Program-made: the position numbers and the translations under genes | The notes under the pieces: model-generated | What the model saw: only the letters and a program-made list of their open reading frames with translations | Databases searched by the model: none | What the model was told of the DNA's origin: nothing | In this document: positions 19,512 to 30,312 of the stretch, one piece after another | How positions within the stretch are numbered: position 1 is the stretch's first letter | Layout: each line of letters opens with the position of its first letter | Source of the DNA: an uncultured Alphaproteobacteria bacterium | GTDB lineage: Bacteria > Pseudomonadota > Alphaproteobacteria > HIMB59 > GCA-002718135 | DNA length: 64,000 bases | NCBI GenBank assembly: GCA_902627245.1 | Contig: CACOIH010000003.1 | Location: forward strand, 140-64,139 | Direction of reading: 5' to 3'

Positions 19512-21094
19512 TTGTTATTATTCAGATCGTTAAATAGTTTGAAAGTAATACTATCAAAAATAGCACTATATGATGCATCAATAATATTTGGAGAAACACC
19601 AATTGTTGTCCAATGTTTATTACTTTTATCCGAAGATTCTATTAAAACTCTTGTAATAGCTCCAGTTCCTTTTTCTGAAGAAAGAATCATCACTTTATAA
19701 TCTGTTAACTTTAAATCCTCTAAAGAAGGGAAATAATCAATCAGAGCTTTTCTAAGAGCGCTGTCTATAGCATTGACGGGGCCATTACCGACGCCAACTG
19801 TCATAATATCAATTTCTCTAACTTTTAGATAAATAGTTGCCTCTGCTTCCGTAACCAGAGATCCTTTAGCATTCCATCTTCTTTCATCGGTAACTCTAAA
19901 TTTTTCTAATTTATAAAAATCTTCAAAATGTCCTAATTGACGTCTTACTAGTAATTCAAAACTAGCCAGCGCAGTATCAAAAGAATATCCCTGTGCCTCT
20001 TTTTCTTTAATTGTTTCTAAAATATTATTTATTTGATCATTTTTTAACTCAACGTTTAGTTTATTTAATTGACTAAGAATATTTGATCTTCCAGCTTGAT
20101 TAGAAATTATTACATTTCTTGAGTTCCCTACAATGTTTGGTTCAATATGTTCGTATGTTGATGAGTTTTTTTCTACAGCAGATGCATGTAAACCGCCCTT
20201 ATGAGAAAATGCATGTTCACCTACATATGGTGCATTTTTTGTAGGTGGAATATTCAAAATGTTATCAAGTGTTCTTGAAATGTTTATTAAATTTTTAAGT
20301 TTATCTTTATTTATGTTTATCTCAAAATTTGTTTTTAAAACCAATGTTGGAATTAATGAAATCAAATTAGTATTACCACATCTTTCTCCTAAGCCATTTA
20401 TAGTACCTTGAACTTGTCTTGCACCGGCATTAATTGCGGCTAAAGCATTAGCTACAGCATTATCAGTATCATTGTGTGCGTGTATTCCTATATTTTTACC
20501 TGGTACAATTTTAACAACTTCACTAACTATATTGAAAATTTCATGAGGTAATGTTCCTCCATTTGTATCACAAAGCACTACCCATCTAGCTCCAGCATCA
20601 TATGCTTCCTTAATACAATTAATTGCAAAATCTTTATCTTCTTTGAAACCATCAAAAAAGTGTTCAGCATCAAAAATAGGTTCTTTATTTTTTGATTTTA
20701 TATGTTGAATACTATCACTTATCATTTCTATATTTTCTTGCTTGGATATTTCCAGTGCATTTTTTACGTGAAAGGATGAAGATTTACCAACTATACAGAC
20801 ACAAGTTGCACTTGAATTAATTAAAGAACTTAAACCTGGATCATTTTCTACACTCCTGCCAGGTCTTCTTGTCATACCAAAAGCAGTTAATTTACTATTA
20901 TTAAATACTAAATCTCTTGAAAAAAAATCATTGTCTGTAGGATTTGCTCCAGGCCAACCACCTTCTATATAATCAATACCTAAATCATTTAGATGTTGTG
21001 AAATGATCATTTTATCACTAACTGAAAAATTAACACCAGTAGTTTGCTGACCATCTCTTAGTGTGGTGTCAAATAGGTAAACTTTGTCTTCCAT
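19508..21094 (-). CDS. cimA: (R)-citramalate synthase
   Basis: 528 aa with the N-terminal FDTTLRDGQQTTGVNFS...IEGGWPGANPTDNDFF block characteristic of the CimA branch of the LeuA family, an HAHND metal site and a C-terminal LeuA-dimer-like domain. Confidence 0.8.
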   Translation of the reverse strand: MEDKVYLFDTTLRDGQQTTGVNFSVSDKMIISQHLNDLGIDYIEGGWPGANPTDNDFFSRDLVFNNSKLTAFGMTRRPGRSVENDPGLSSLINSSATCVCIVGKSSSFHVKNALEISKQENIEMISDSIQHIKSKNKEPIFDAEHFFDGFKEDKDFAINCIKEAYDAGARWVVLCDTNGGTLPHEIFNIVSEVVKIVPGKNIGIHAHNDTDNAVANALAAINAGARQVQGTINGLGERCGNTNLISLIPTLVLKTNFEININKDKLKNLINISRTLDNILNIPPTKNAPYVGEHAFSHKGGLHASAVEKNSSTYEHIEPNIVGNSRNVIISNQAGRSNILSQLNKLNVELKNDQINNILETIKEKEAQGYSFDTALASFELLVRRQLGHFEDFYKLEKFRVTDERRWNAKGSLVTEAEATIYLKVREIDIMTVGVGNGPVNAIDSALRKALIDYFPSLEDLKLTDYKVMILSSEKGTGAITRVLIESSDKSNKHWTTIGVSPNIIDASYSAIFDSITFKLFNDLNNNN

Positions 21095-21131
21095 AATATC
21101 AGATTGCTAATAGAGTATAATTTAAAATTTA

Positions 21132-22466
21132 CTAGATTTTTCCAAGTTTTTGCAAAATACCGTTTTTATCAAATAAAGGTATGAGATATTTTAATTCAGG
21201 ACCATGTGATTTTCCTGTTAAAATTAGCCTTAAGGGCATAAACAAATCTTTACCCTTCAACCCAGTTTTATCTTTAATATTTGATGTCCATGTGTCCCAA
21301 GTTGTTTCATCGAAAGGATCATTAGGTAATTCTTCTGCAGCTATATTTACAAAGTTTGTATCAATATCAAATTCTTTATAATTGTTTATAGCAGTAATTA
21401 CGGTTTCCCAAGTACTAACTTCATTTAAAAAAGTAATATTATTTTTTACAAAACGCCAAAATTTCTCTTTTTGTAAATTACTACTTATATTCAAAATTTT
21501 ATCTTTAATTTGGTCAAAGTTAAATAATTTTATTGTATCCTGATTAAGTGACACTAATGATTCTTTTGAAAACTTTGCTGAAGATTTAGATATATTACTA
21601 ATATCAAATTTATTAATTATACTTTTTAAATCAATCATTGGTTCAATATTGCTACTTGAGCCAATAAAAAGAAAATAATTAATTAATGTTATGTTTTCGA
21701 AACCATCTTTTTTGAACTTTTCAATAGATAGGCTACCCATTCTCTTGCTGAAACCTTTACCTTCATTATCAGTTAGAAATGGATGGTGAGCAAATATAGG
21801 AATGGTAGCACCTAAAGCTTTAAAAATTTGAATATGAAATGCTGTATTAGCTATATGATCTTCACCTCTAATAATATGAGTTATTTCTTCCTGTATATCA
21901 TCTATTACTGAAGGCAGATGGTATAATAATGTTCCATCTTCTCTAATTAAAACGGGGTCACTTAAGTTTTTAGGATTAAAAGAAACTTTGCCTTTAATTA
22001 AATCTTTCCAAGATATTTCATTGGTATCAAGTTTAAATCTCCAATGAGGTTTTTTACCAGATTTAATTTTTTGATTAATTTCTTCTTCTGATAGATTTAT
22101 TGATGATCTATCATAAATTGGAGGTTTGCCAGAAGATAATAAAGCTTTTTTCTTGAGAGCAAGTTCTTCTTCAGTTTCAAAACAAGGATAAAGTCTTTTA
22201 TTATTTTTTAAAGTATTGATTTTTTCATTATAAATTTCATTTCTAGCAGATTGATTAAAAGTATAACTCCAATCAATGCCCAACCATTTAAGATCTGATT
22301 TAATAGCATTTTCAAATTCTTTAGAGCTTCTACTTTGATCAGTATCATCAATTCTAAGAATAAACTCGCCTTTATGTTTTTTACAAAATATCCAATTTAA
22401 TAATGCAGATCTAGCATTACCAATGTGTATAATTCCTGTAGGACTTGGTGCAAACCTACATTTCAT
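21132..22466 (-). CDS. gltX: glutamate--tRNA ligase
   Basis: RFAPSPTGIIHIGNAR (HIGH) motif and a KMSKS-like GFSKRMGS motif. Confidence 0.92.
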   Translation of the reverse strand: MKCRFAPSPTGIIHIGNARSALLNWIFCKKHKGEFILRIDDTDQSRSSKEFENAIKSDLKWLGIDWSYTFNQSARNEIYNEKINTLKNNKRLYPCFETEEELALKKKALLSSGKPPIYDRSSINLSEEEINQKIKSGKKPHWRFKLDTNEISWKDLIKGKVSFNPKNLSDPVLIREDGTLLYHLPSVIDDIQEEITHIIRGEDHIANTAFHIQIFKALGATIPIFAHHPFLTDNEGKGFSKRMGSLSIEKFKKDGFENITLINYFLFIGSSSNIEPMIDLKSIINKFDISNISKSSAKFSKESLVSLNQDTIKLFNFDQIKDKILNISSNLQKEKFWRFVKNNITFLNEVSTWETVITAINNYKEFDIDTNFVNIAAEELPNDPFDETTWDTWTSNIKDKTGLKGKDLFMPLRLILTGKSHGPELKYLIPLFDKNGILQKLGKI

Positions 22467-22467
22467 G

Positions 22468-23208
22468 TCAATCTCTTGGAAATTCGCAAACTGGAATAGG
22501 TTTCATTTTATGAAGATTGGGCCCTCTTATTTCTTTATATTTATTATAGTATTTACTGTTTTTATTTTCCATTGCTTCTTCTAATTGCTTATAAGATAAT
22601 CCAAGTTGATTTTCATCATTTCTACTATCATCCCATAAGCCATCAGTTGGAGCTGCATCTACAATATCTTTTATAACACCTATTTCCCTTGCTAAATCCC
22701 AAACTTCTGACTTAGTACAATCTGCTATTGGTGATATATCCACACCACCATCTCCATATTTAGTGTAGAATCCCACTCCAAAGTCTTCAACTTTATTTCC
22801 TGTTCCAACTACTATGCCATTATTACTTTGTGCAACCTGATACAAAGTAACCATTCTCAATCTTGATCTAGAATTTGCAAATGCAAGTTCGCTATCAAAA
22901 TCTTTCATAGTGCTCTCAAATATTTTAAAAATATTATCTAACTCTATTATTTTACAATCAACATTATTAAAGTTTTTTTTGAGATAATCTAAGTGTCTTA
23001 GGCTTAAATCATGTTGTGATGAGTTTTGCTTGATAGGCATCGATATCGCAATTGTTTTAAGTCCAGTATGAGCACATAAAGTGCTGGTTAATGCTGAGTC
23101 AACACCACCGGATACACCAATTATCAGAGAAACAGGTTGTGATCTAATAGACTTTGTATAATTTCTAATCCAATTTATAATGTATTCTATTTTATCTTTT
23201 AAGTTCAT
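22468..23208 (-). CDS. nadE: NH3-dependent NAD+ synthetase
   Basis: PP-loop GVSGGVDS and the GTGNKVEDFGVGFYTKYGDGG block. Confidence 0.9.
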   Translation of the reverse strand: MNLKDKIEYIINWIRNYTKSIRSQPVSLIIGVSGGVDSALTSTLCAHTGLKTIAISMPIKQNSSQHDLSLRHLDYLKKNFNNVDCKIIELDNIFKIFESTMKDFDSELAFANSRSRLRMVTLYQVAQSNNGIVVGTGNKVEDFGVGFYTKYGDGGVDISPIADCTKSEVWDLAREIGVIKDIVDAAPTDGLWDDSRNDENQLGLSYKQLEEAMENKNSKYYNKYKEIRGPNLHKMKPIPVCEFPRD

Positions 23209-23230
23209 AATGTTTAATATAAATTAAAAT

Positions 23231-24604
23231 TTATAAATTTGAAGATTGCTTTGAAAGTAATTTTTCTTCTTTTAAAAAATCAGACAGTAGAAAAGCAAGT
23301 TCTAATGACTGTGATGCATTTAGCCTAGGATCGCAATAAGTATGATATCTATTTTGAAGGTCCTTATCGGTAATTTCTTGTAATCCACCCATGCATTCAG
23401 TGACATCTTGGCCTGTCATTTCAAGATGAACACCTCCTGGATAAGTTCCTTCCGATCTATGAATTTGAAAGAATTGATGAATTTCAGATATAATATCTTT
23501 TAATGGCCTTGTTTTATAGCCGGTATTTGATTTAATTGTATTACCATGCATTGGATCACAGGTCCAAACAACTTTTTTTCCAGATTTATGGACAGTGTTA
23601 ACAATATTTGGAAGCATACTTCCAACTTTTTCATGGCCCATTCTACATATTAAGGTAATTTTACCTCTTTCATTATTTGGATTTAAAACATCTATAATTT
23701 TTAGTAATTCATCAGTCTTTGTAGTAGGCCCAACTTTTATTCCAATTGGATTTTCAATCCCCTTCAAAAATTCAATATGAGCTCCATCTAATTGTCTTGT
23801 TCTGTCACCAACCCAAAGCATATGAGCAGAAACGTCATACCATTTTCCCGAAGTACTATCTATCCTTGTTAATGCTTCCTCGTATTGAAGTAGTAATGCT
23901 TCATGACTAGTAAAAAAATCAGTCTCATTTAGTTGCCTAACGCTATTTCCATTAATTCCACATGCTTCCATAAAATTTAAACACTCATCAATTCTATTAG
24001 ATATTTCTGTAAATTTTGTAGCGTTTTCATCTTTTACAAAATTTAAATTCCATTGATGAATTTTATTTAAATTTGCAAAGCCACCTTGAGAAAAAGCTCT
24101 AAGTAGATTTAAAGTGGATGCTGATTGATTATATGCTTGAACTAGCCTATTTGGATCTGGATTACGATCTTTTTCGTTAAAGTCGATACCATTAATTATA
24201 TCACCTTTGTAAGATTCTAATTCTATATTATTAATTATTTCAGTTGAAGAAGATCTAGGTTTAGCAAATTGCCCCGCTATTCTTCCTACTTTAACAATTG
24301 GGCATGATGCTCCAAATGTTAAAACAACTGCCATCTGTAAGATAACTTTGAAAGTATCTCGTATATTATCAGGATGAAAGTCGGCAAAACTTTCAGCACA
24401 ATCGCCACCCTGAAGCATAAATGCTTTTCCTTTAGATACATCACTAAGCTTTTCCTTTAATAATCTAGCTTCTCCTGCAAATACTAAAGGTGGAAACTTA
24501 GATATTTTTTCAAGAGTTTTGTTCAAATGCTTTTCATCAAGATATTGTGGCATGTGAAGAGCATTTTTTTTTCTCCAACTCGATGGTGACCAATTATTGT
24601 TCAT
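23231..24604 (-). CDS. class II (plant-type) 3-deoxy-7-phosphoheptulonate (DAHP) synthase
   Basis: 457 aa with the N-terminal WSPSSWR..ALHMPQY pattern and the GGDCAESF, MLWVGDRTRQ, DPMHGNT and GGVHLEMTG blocks. Confidence 0.9.
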   Translation of the reverse strand: MNNNWSPSSWRKKNALHMPQYLDEKHLNKTLEKISKFPPLVFAGEARLLKEKLSDVSKGKAFMLQGGDCAESFADFHPDNIRDTFKVILQMAVVLTFGASCPIVKVGRIAGQFAKPRSSSTEIINNIELESYKGDIINGIDFNEKDRNPDPNRLVQAYNQSASTLNLLRAFSQGGFANLNKIHQWNLNFVKDENATKFTEISNRIDECLNFMEACGINGNSVRQLNETDFFTSHEALLLQYEEALTRIDSTSGKWYDVSAHMLWVGDRTRQLDGAHIEFLKGIENPIGIKVGPTTKTDELLKIIDVLNPNNERGKITLICRMGHEKVGSMLPNIVNTVHKSGKKVVWTCDPMHGNTIKSNTGYKTRPLKDIISEIHQFFQIHRSEGTYPGGVHLEMTGQDVTECMGGLQEITDKDLQNRYHTYCDPRLNASQSLELAFLLSDFLKEEKLLSKQSSNL

Positions 24605-24650
24605 ATTTAAATTGGCTAATAAACGGTTAATTAAATATAAACAAGTTATA

Positions 24651-25949
24651 TTATTTTGTTCTTTTATTCCTTAGAATTTTGAGAGCTGATCGCTCTAATG
24701 CAAGTGAACCTTTTGGTATATTTTTTGTGATGACGCTTCCTGCTCCAATTTTAGAATTCGCTTCTAAAATTACAGGGGCAATCAATGAAGAATTTGAACC
24801 GATGAAAACATTATCTTTAATTATTGTTTTGTGTTTTTTATTTCCATCATAATTGCAAGTAATTGTGCCAGCTCCAATATTAACATTATTTCCAACATTT
24901 GCATCACCGACATAAGAAAGATGCGCAATTGAAACTTTTTTACCTATCTTTGAATTTTTAATTTCAACAAAATTGCCTACTCTAGAATTTTTATCAATTA
25001 TTGAATTAGGCCTTATTGTTGCGCTAGGACCAATATTACAGTTTTCACCAATAGTCACTCCTTCTAAATAGGAGTTACTTTTTATTATTGAGTCTTTTTT
25101 AATTATTGTTTTTTCTTTAATAGTGACATTACTTTCAATTATTACATTTGGTTCAATTTTTGCATCATAGCTTAAGTAACAAGTATCAGGTTTAAGAAAA
25201 TTAACACCAATTTTTATAAACTTATCTATATATTTTTTTTGAAGAATACTCTGCACCTTATCATAATCTTCAAGTGTATTAATGCCTAACATCTCATCTT
25301 CATGGCATTCAATAAAATTTGTATTAAATTTATTAGAATGAAATATTTTAAATATATCTGGTAAATATCTCTCTTTTTTAATTATATTAGTTTTAATATT
25401 TTTTGTATTTTCAAATAATATTTTCTTTTCAGTAATTAATATTCCTGAATTACATAGGTTGATTTTTTTTTGATTAAGATTTAAATTTATTTCTTCAACA
25501 ATTTCTTCAAGAACATTATTTTTCACTAAAAGTCTACCATAACCAAAAGGTTTCTGAGCCCTAAAAGCAATTATTGAAGCCTTGGCCTTTGAAAAAAGAA
25601 ATTTCTTTATTAATTTCCTTATACTTGACAAAGTAATCAATGGTGTATCTCCAAATAAAACTAAAACATTTTTTGAGTTAATCTTATACTTTGCTTGTTC
25701 TATAGCATCTGCAGTGCCTTTTTGTTTATTTTGAATTACAAAAATACAATCTTTCAAAATAGATTTTAAATCATTGATATTTTCTTTATTACATACAACA
25801 ATGACTTTTCTACCCGATATTTTTTTTGCTATTGAGTGAACGTGAGATATTATTGGAAGCCCGCATAAAGGATAAATTAATTTAGAAGTTTTGGTTTTAA
25901 ATCTTGTACTTCTTCCAGCAGCTAGAATTACCGTTGTAATATTAAACAT
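24651..25949 (-). CDS. glmU: bifunctional GlcNAc-1-P uridyltransferase / GlcN-1-P acetyltransferase
   Basis: N-terminal ILAAGRSTRF nucleotidyltransferase motif and C-terminal left-handed beta-helix hexapeptide repeats. Confidence 0.85.
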   Translation of the reverse strand: MFNITTVILAAGRSTRFKTKTSKLIYPLCGLPIISHVHSIAKKISGRKVIVVCNKENINDLKSILKDCIFVIQNKQKGTADAIEQAKYKINSKNVLVLFGDTPLITLSSIRKLIKKFLFSKAKASIIAFRAQKPFGYGRLLVKNNVLEEIVEEINLNLNQKKINLCNSGILITEKKILFENTKNIKTNIIKKERYLPDIFKIFHSNKFNTNFIECHEDEMLGINTLEDYDKVQSILQKKYIDKFIKIGVNFLKPDTCYLSYDAKIEPNVIIESNVTIKEKTIIKKDSIIKSNSYLEGVTIGENCNIGPSATIRPNSIIDKNSRVGNFVEIKNSKIGKKVSIAHLSYVGDANVGNNVNIGAGTITCNYDGNKKHKTIIKDNVFIGSNSSLIAPVILEANSKIGAGSVITKNIPKGSLALERSALKILRNKRTK

Positions 25950-25954
25950 TAAAT

Positions 25955-26587
25955 TTAAAAATTTCTTAGAATTTCATTGCCAATATTAATGACCTCTTTT
26001 GAAGCATCTGAAGTGACGCTTATATCAACTACACCTCTACCAACTGAAAAAGTTTCTGCAAATATTACTTTACTTGAAAGTCTAGAACGTGCAATTTTTG
26101 CTCCTGCATATCTTAATCTCAATATCATTGCTTCTGTTAATTTTGCTCTTGGCATAACTCTGTTTAAAATTATAATTGGGTTTTTTCTTTCTTGCTTTGC
26201 AATTTTTAAAAAAGGTAAAGTTGCCATTAAGTCAACAGGACTTGGTTGGACAGGTACAAAAACTCTATCAGATGCTTTCACAACTTGCATAGTTTCAAAG
26301 GTGATAGATGGAGGGCTATCAATAATAATGAAATCATATTTTCTTTTAATTGCCTTAATTTCATCAATCAGGTCTCTAATATCAAAATCTAATTTAGTGA
26401 TACCTACATCATCTTCACCATAGTAACTCCTTCTAGCATCTAGCCAATAACTCAAACTTTTCTGAGCATCAGCATCAATAACAGCCACTTTATATCCACT
26501 GTTGCTCCACAAAACAGCAAGGTTTGCAGAAAGCGTAGATTTTCCAGAGCCACCTTTTTGATTGGAGAATGCGATTACTTTACCCAT
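25955..26587 (-). CDS. small orphan ParA/MinD-family ATPase
   Basis: Deviant Walker A NQKGGSGKST and Walker B FIIIDSPP, 210 aa. There is no parB-like partner. It lies 5 nt upstream of glmU in the same orientation. Confidence 0.75.
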   Translation of the reverse strand: MGKVIAFSNQKGGSGKSTLSANLAVLWSNSGYKVAVIDADAQKSLSYWLDARRSYYGEDDVGITKLDFDIRDLIDEIKAIKRKYDFIIIDSPPSITFETMQVVKASDRVFVPVQPSPVDLMATLPFLKIAKQERKNPIIILNRVMPRAKLTEAMILRLRYAGAKIARSRLSSKVIFAETFSVGRGVVDISVTSDASKEVINIGNEILRNF

Positions 26588-26642
26588 AATATTAATTGAT
26601 ATTAACTATTTTGTAGATAATGGAAAGAAATTATAAAAAAAT

Positions 26643-27569
26643 ATGACCAAAAACAAGATTGAAAATGCAAAAAAGTTATTGCGTAGTGGAGAACTCGTAA
26701 TTTTCCCCACAGAAACAGTTTATGGATTAGGTGGCAATGCAAATGATAAAAAAGCAGTAAAAAGAATTTATAATATAAAAAAAAGACCGGCGAATAATCC
26801 TATTATTTGTCATTTTAAAAGTTTGAAGGAAATAAAGAAAGATTTTTACCTAAGTAAACTTGAAGAATTATTAGCAAAAAAACTTTGGCCTGGACCAATT
26901 ACTTTAATATTAAGAAAAAAAACTAATTCAAAAATTTCACAATTAGTTTCTAATAAGTCACCCTATGTTGGTTGCAGAATTCCACAAGATAAAATTGCTT
27001 TACAACTTTTAAAGAGTTTAAATTTTCCTTTAGCAGCACCAAGTGCAAATTTTTCAGAGAGAACATCTGTTACGAAATTTAAAGATTTGGATAAAAATTT
27101 AATTAAAAAAATATTTACTATTAAGGGGGAACAATCAAAATTAGGTTTAGAGTCTACTGTTATTAAGGTTAAAAAAAATACAATAGAATTACTTAGACTA
27201 GGAAGTATTACACCAAATGAAATTTTAAAAGTAGCTAAAAAATCAAATATTAAATTTATTAGAACATCTAAAATATCTCCTGGTAATTTAAAAAAACACT
27301 ACGCTACCAAAAAGAAAATTAGAATAAATGTAATAAAAGTTAATGATGATGAGGGTTTAATAAATTTTGGTAAAAATAATTTAAAATCAAAAATTATTAA
27401 TTTAAATTTAAGTAGAAATGGCAATTTGAAAGAAGCTAGTAGAAATCTATTTCATTTTTTACATAAGTTAGACCAGAGTAAATGTAAAAAAATAGCTATC
27501 GCCCCAATTCCAAGTGTTGATCTAGGTTTAACAATAAATGATAGGATTAAAAGAGCGAGTAAAAAATAA
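26643..27569 (+). CDS. L-threonylcarbamoyladenylate synthase (Sua5/YrdC with Sua5 C-terminal domain)
   Basis: FPTETVYGLGGNA and AAPSANFS motifs. The 308-aa, two-domain length also fits. Confidence 0.85.
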   Translation: MTKNKIENAKKLLRSGELVIFPTETVYGLGGNANDKKAVKRIYNIKKRPANNPIICHFKSLKEIKKDFYLSKLEELLAKKLWPGPITLILRKKTNSKISQLVSNKSPYVGCRIPQDKIALQLLKSLNFPLAAPSANFSERTSVTKFKDLDKNLIKKIFTIKGEQSKLGLESTVIKVKKNTIELLRLGSITPNEILKVAKKSNIKFIRTSKISPGNLKKHYATKKKIRINVIKVNDDEGLINFGKNNLKSKIINLNLSRNGNLKEASRNLFHFLHKLDQSKCKKIAIAPIPSVDLGLTINDRIKRASKK

Positions 27570-27571
27570 AT

Positions 27572-28894
27572 TTATAATCTATTTAAAAAGTCAACAGTTC
27601 TATAATAAACAATTGCTGAAGAATAAATTGGTCTCCTTAAAATATTTCCACCTGGAATTTTTAAATGTCTTATTTGATTGAACATATCAAAACGATTTGA
27701 TTTATCTAATATTTTCTCTGAGATTAGCTTTCCAGCCATAACACTCATTGCTAATCCATGTCCAGAATATGCATGAGAATAAATAAGTTTTTGATTCATT
27801 AAATAACCTAAAATTGGAAGTCTATTAACTGATATTGCTAATGTGCCACCCCAAGAAAATTCTATCTTATATTTTTTAATCTCAGGGAATACTTTATACA
27901 TCCTTTTGGCTACAAAATTTTTAGTGTCTTTAACGAATTTTGATGTAATTGTTTCAGGCCCCCCAAATAACAATCTATAATCTTCAGAAAACCTATAATA
28001 ATCAATCATAAACCTTGAGTCAATTACGCCACAATTTCTTTTTATAAGTTTTTTAGCTGAAGTTTCGCCTATAGGTTCTGTTGCAATTATATAATTATTT
28101 ATTGGCATAAAAAAATTCCTAGTGGATCCCAAAAGATCATCAAGATATCCGTTACAGGCTACAATAATTTTTCTTGATTTAATGATATGATTGTTTGTGT
28201 GGATATGAACTTCAGAATATTTATCTTCAATTTTATCAACTGGTGAATTTTCAAAAATTTTAATGTTATTCTTAAGGCACACTTCTGCTAAACCATAAGT
28301 TAATTTAAGGGGATTTAAATGATAACTATCTTTAGATAATATTCCTGAGTGGTATCTATCACTAGCAACCTCATCTTTTATATTTTTAGAGTCAAAATAT
28401 TCATAATTCGAATAATTATATTTTTTTTCCATATGATTCATTTCTTCAAGAAAATATTTATAATCTCTTTTTGTATTGCCAACATGCATAATGCCCTGCT
28501 TTAAAGCGCAGTCAATTTGATGCTTTTTAATCAAATTAGTAACTGTCTGCACAGCTTCTAATCCAACATTCCAAAAGAATTTTGCTCTTTGAAAACCAAA
28601 TTTTTTCTCTAAAAAAAATTGATCTTTTCGCATACCTATGCCCAGTTGACCGCCATTTCTCCCTGAGGCACCTGCACCAACTTTATTTGCTTCTAGAATT
28701 GTTATTTTTAAACCATTGTTTGACAAATGGAGTGCTGATGAAATACCAGTTAAACCAGCCCCAATAATACAAATATCAGTAGAAAAACTCTCTGTTATTT
28801 TACTCTGATCAGGAAGTTTTTTTGCAGAAAATTTATAAAAACTATCTTTTTCATTATCATGTTGCTTATAGGTTCTTTTTTTTGTAAAAATCAT
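27572..28894 (-). CDS. FAD-dependent oxidoreductase, gamma-glutamylputrescine oxidase (PuuB)-like
   Basis: DAO-family Rossmann motif ICIIGAGLTGISSA. It is divergently paired with a glutamine-synthetase-like gene. Confidence 0.65.
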   Translation of the reverse strand: MIFTKKRTYKQHDNEKDSFYKFSAKKLPDQSKITESFSTDICIIGAGLTGISSALHLSNNGLKITILEANKVGAGASGRNGGQLGIGMRKDQFFLEKKFGFQRAKFFWNVGLEAVQTVTNLIKKHQIDCALKQGIMHVGNTKRDYKYFLEEMNHMEKKYNYSNYEYFDSKNIKDEVASDRYHSGILSKDSYHLNPLKLTYGLAEVCLKNNIKIFENSPVDKIEDKYSEVHIHTNNHIIKSRKIIVACNGYLDDLLGSTRNFFMPINNYIIATEPIGETSAKKLIKRNCGVIDSRFMIDYYRFSEDYRLLFGGPETITSKFVKDTKNFVAKRMYKVFPEIKKYKIEFSWGGTLAISVNRLPILGYLMNQKLIYSHAYSGHGLAMSVMAGKLISEKILDKSNRFDMFNQIRHLKIPGGNILRRPIYSSAIVYYRTVDFLNRL

Positions 28895-28944
28895 TTTCTA
28901 TTCAATAATGGTTTAATAACAAATAGTAAACAAACACTCTCATA

Positions 28945-30312
28945 ATGATTGAAAAATTTAAAACATGGTTAGATGATAATTCTATTACTGAAGTTGAGTG
29001 TTTAGTTCCTGACTTAGGTGGAATCGCGAGAGGAAAAATATTACCAACGAATAAGTTTTTAAAAGGTTTGGAAGATGATAGTCATAGATTGCCTCAATCA
29101 ACCTTTATTCAAACAATATCGGGTGATTATGCATATGAGGACTCAACAGGTACATTACCAAAAAGTATATATAATCCAACAGATGTTGATGTCATTTTAA
29201 AACCTGATTTTAACTCAATGAGAGTTGTGCCATGGTATGAAGATCCTACAGCTCAAGTAATATGTGATACAATAAATCTAAATGGTGATGAAGTTATCAA
29301 TTCAAGTAGAAATGCGTTAAAAAATATACTAAAACTATATAAGAAAGAAAACTTGATTCCAATTGTTTCTCCAGAATTAGAATTTTATCTTGTTAAACCT
29401 AATCCTGACTCTGATTATCCACTTGAGGTTCCAGTGGGTCAATCAGGAAGACAGGAAACAGGTAAGCAAGCTTTAGGAATTGATGCTGTAAATGAATTTG
29501 ATAATCTTTTTGAGGATTTGTATAACTATTGTGAGTCACAGCATATTGAGATTGATACCATCAATCATGAGTCCGGTTCAGCACAAATGGAGATTAATTT
29601 TCAACATGGTAATCCTTTAGAGTTAGCAGATCAAGTTTTTTTATTTAAGAGAACTTTAAGGCAATCTGCACTTAAGCATAAACTTTATGCAACATTTATG
29701 GCCAAACCTATGGAACACCAACCTGGTAGTGCTATGCATATCCATCAATCAGTTTACGATAAAAAAAATAAAAATATTTTCTTTAATAAAAAATCTGGTT
29801 TATCAAAAAAAATGAAGAATTATATTGGTGGCCTTCAAGAATATACCCCTCTTCTAATGCCAATTTATGCACCTAATATAAATTCTTTTAGAAGATTATT
29901 TGCAACTTGGGGAACTCCAAAAAATGTCAAATGGGGTATTGGAAATAGAAGTTGTGGATTTAGAATACCTTCTATTGAGGAAAAAAATATGAGAATTGAG
30001 AATAGAATTCCTGGATCAGATACAAATCCATACTTAGTTTTTGGTGCAAATCTTGCCTCTGGATACCTTGGTATGAAAAATAATATTAAACCTTCAGCTG
30101 AAACAAAAGATAGTGCCTTCCAAGATAAATTTTCTAATTTACCTAAAACTATTGATGAGTCTCTTTCACTGTTCGAAAATAATGAGGAAATTAAAACTAT
30201 TTTTAATGATAAATTTATTAGAAGTATTGCAGCAATTAGAAGAGTTGAGTATCAAGCATATTTATCAGTGATAAGTTCTTGGGAAAGAGAATATTTATTA
30301 CTTAATGTTTAA
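28945..30312 (+). CDS. glutamine synthetase family protein, gamma-glutamyl-polyamine synthetase (PuuA)-like
   Basis: GS catalytic blocks PELEFYL, HESGSAQMEINF, GSAMHIHQS and NRSCGFRIP. A GmaS-type function cannot be excluded by eye. Confidence 0.7.
   Translation: MIEKFKTWLDDNSITEVECLVPDLGGIARGKILPTNKFLKGLEDDSHRLPQSTFIQTISGDYAYEDSTGTLPKSIYNPTDVDVILKPDFNSMRVVPWYEDPTAQVICDTINLNGDEVINSSRNALKNILKLYKKENLIPIVSPELEFYLVKPNPDSDYPLEVPVGQSGRQETGKQALGIDAVNEFDNLFEDLYNYCESQHIEIDTINHESGSAQMEINFQHGNPLELADQVFLFKRTLRQSALKHKLYATFMAKPMEHQPGSAMHIHQSVYDKKNKNIFFNKKSGLSKKMKNYIGGLQEYTPLLMPIYAPNINSFRRLFATWGTPKNVKWGIGNRSCGFRIPSIEEKNMRIENRIPGSDTNPYLVFGANLASGYLGMKNNIKPSAETKDSAFQDKFSNLPKTIDESLSLFENNEEIKTIFNDKFIRSIAAIRRVEYQAYLSVISSWEREYLLLNV

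Noticed and set aside
28945-30312. Calling the GS-like gene gmaS (gamma-glutamylmethylamide synthetase).
   Set aside because: The context is a polyamine transporter, aguAB and a PuuB-like oxidase, with no mgs/mgd genes, so a PuuA-like role is favoured. The alternative stays open in the findings because motifs alone cannot discriminate.
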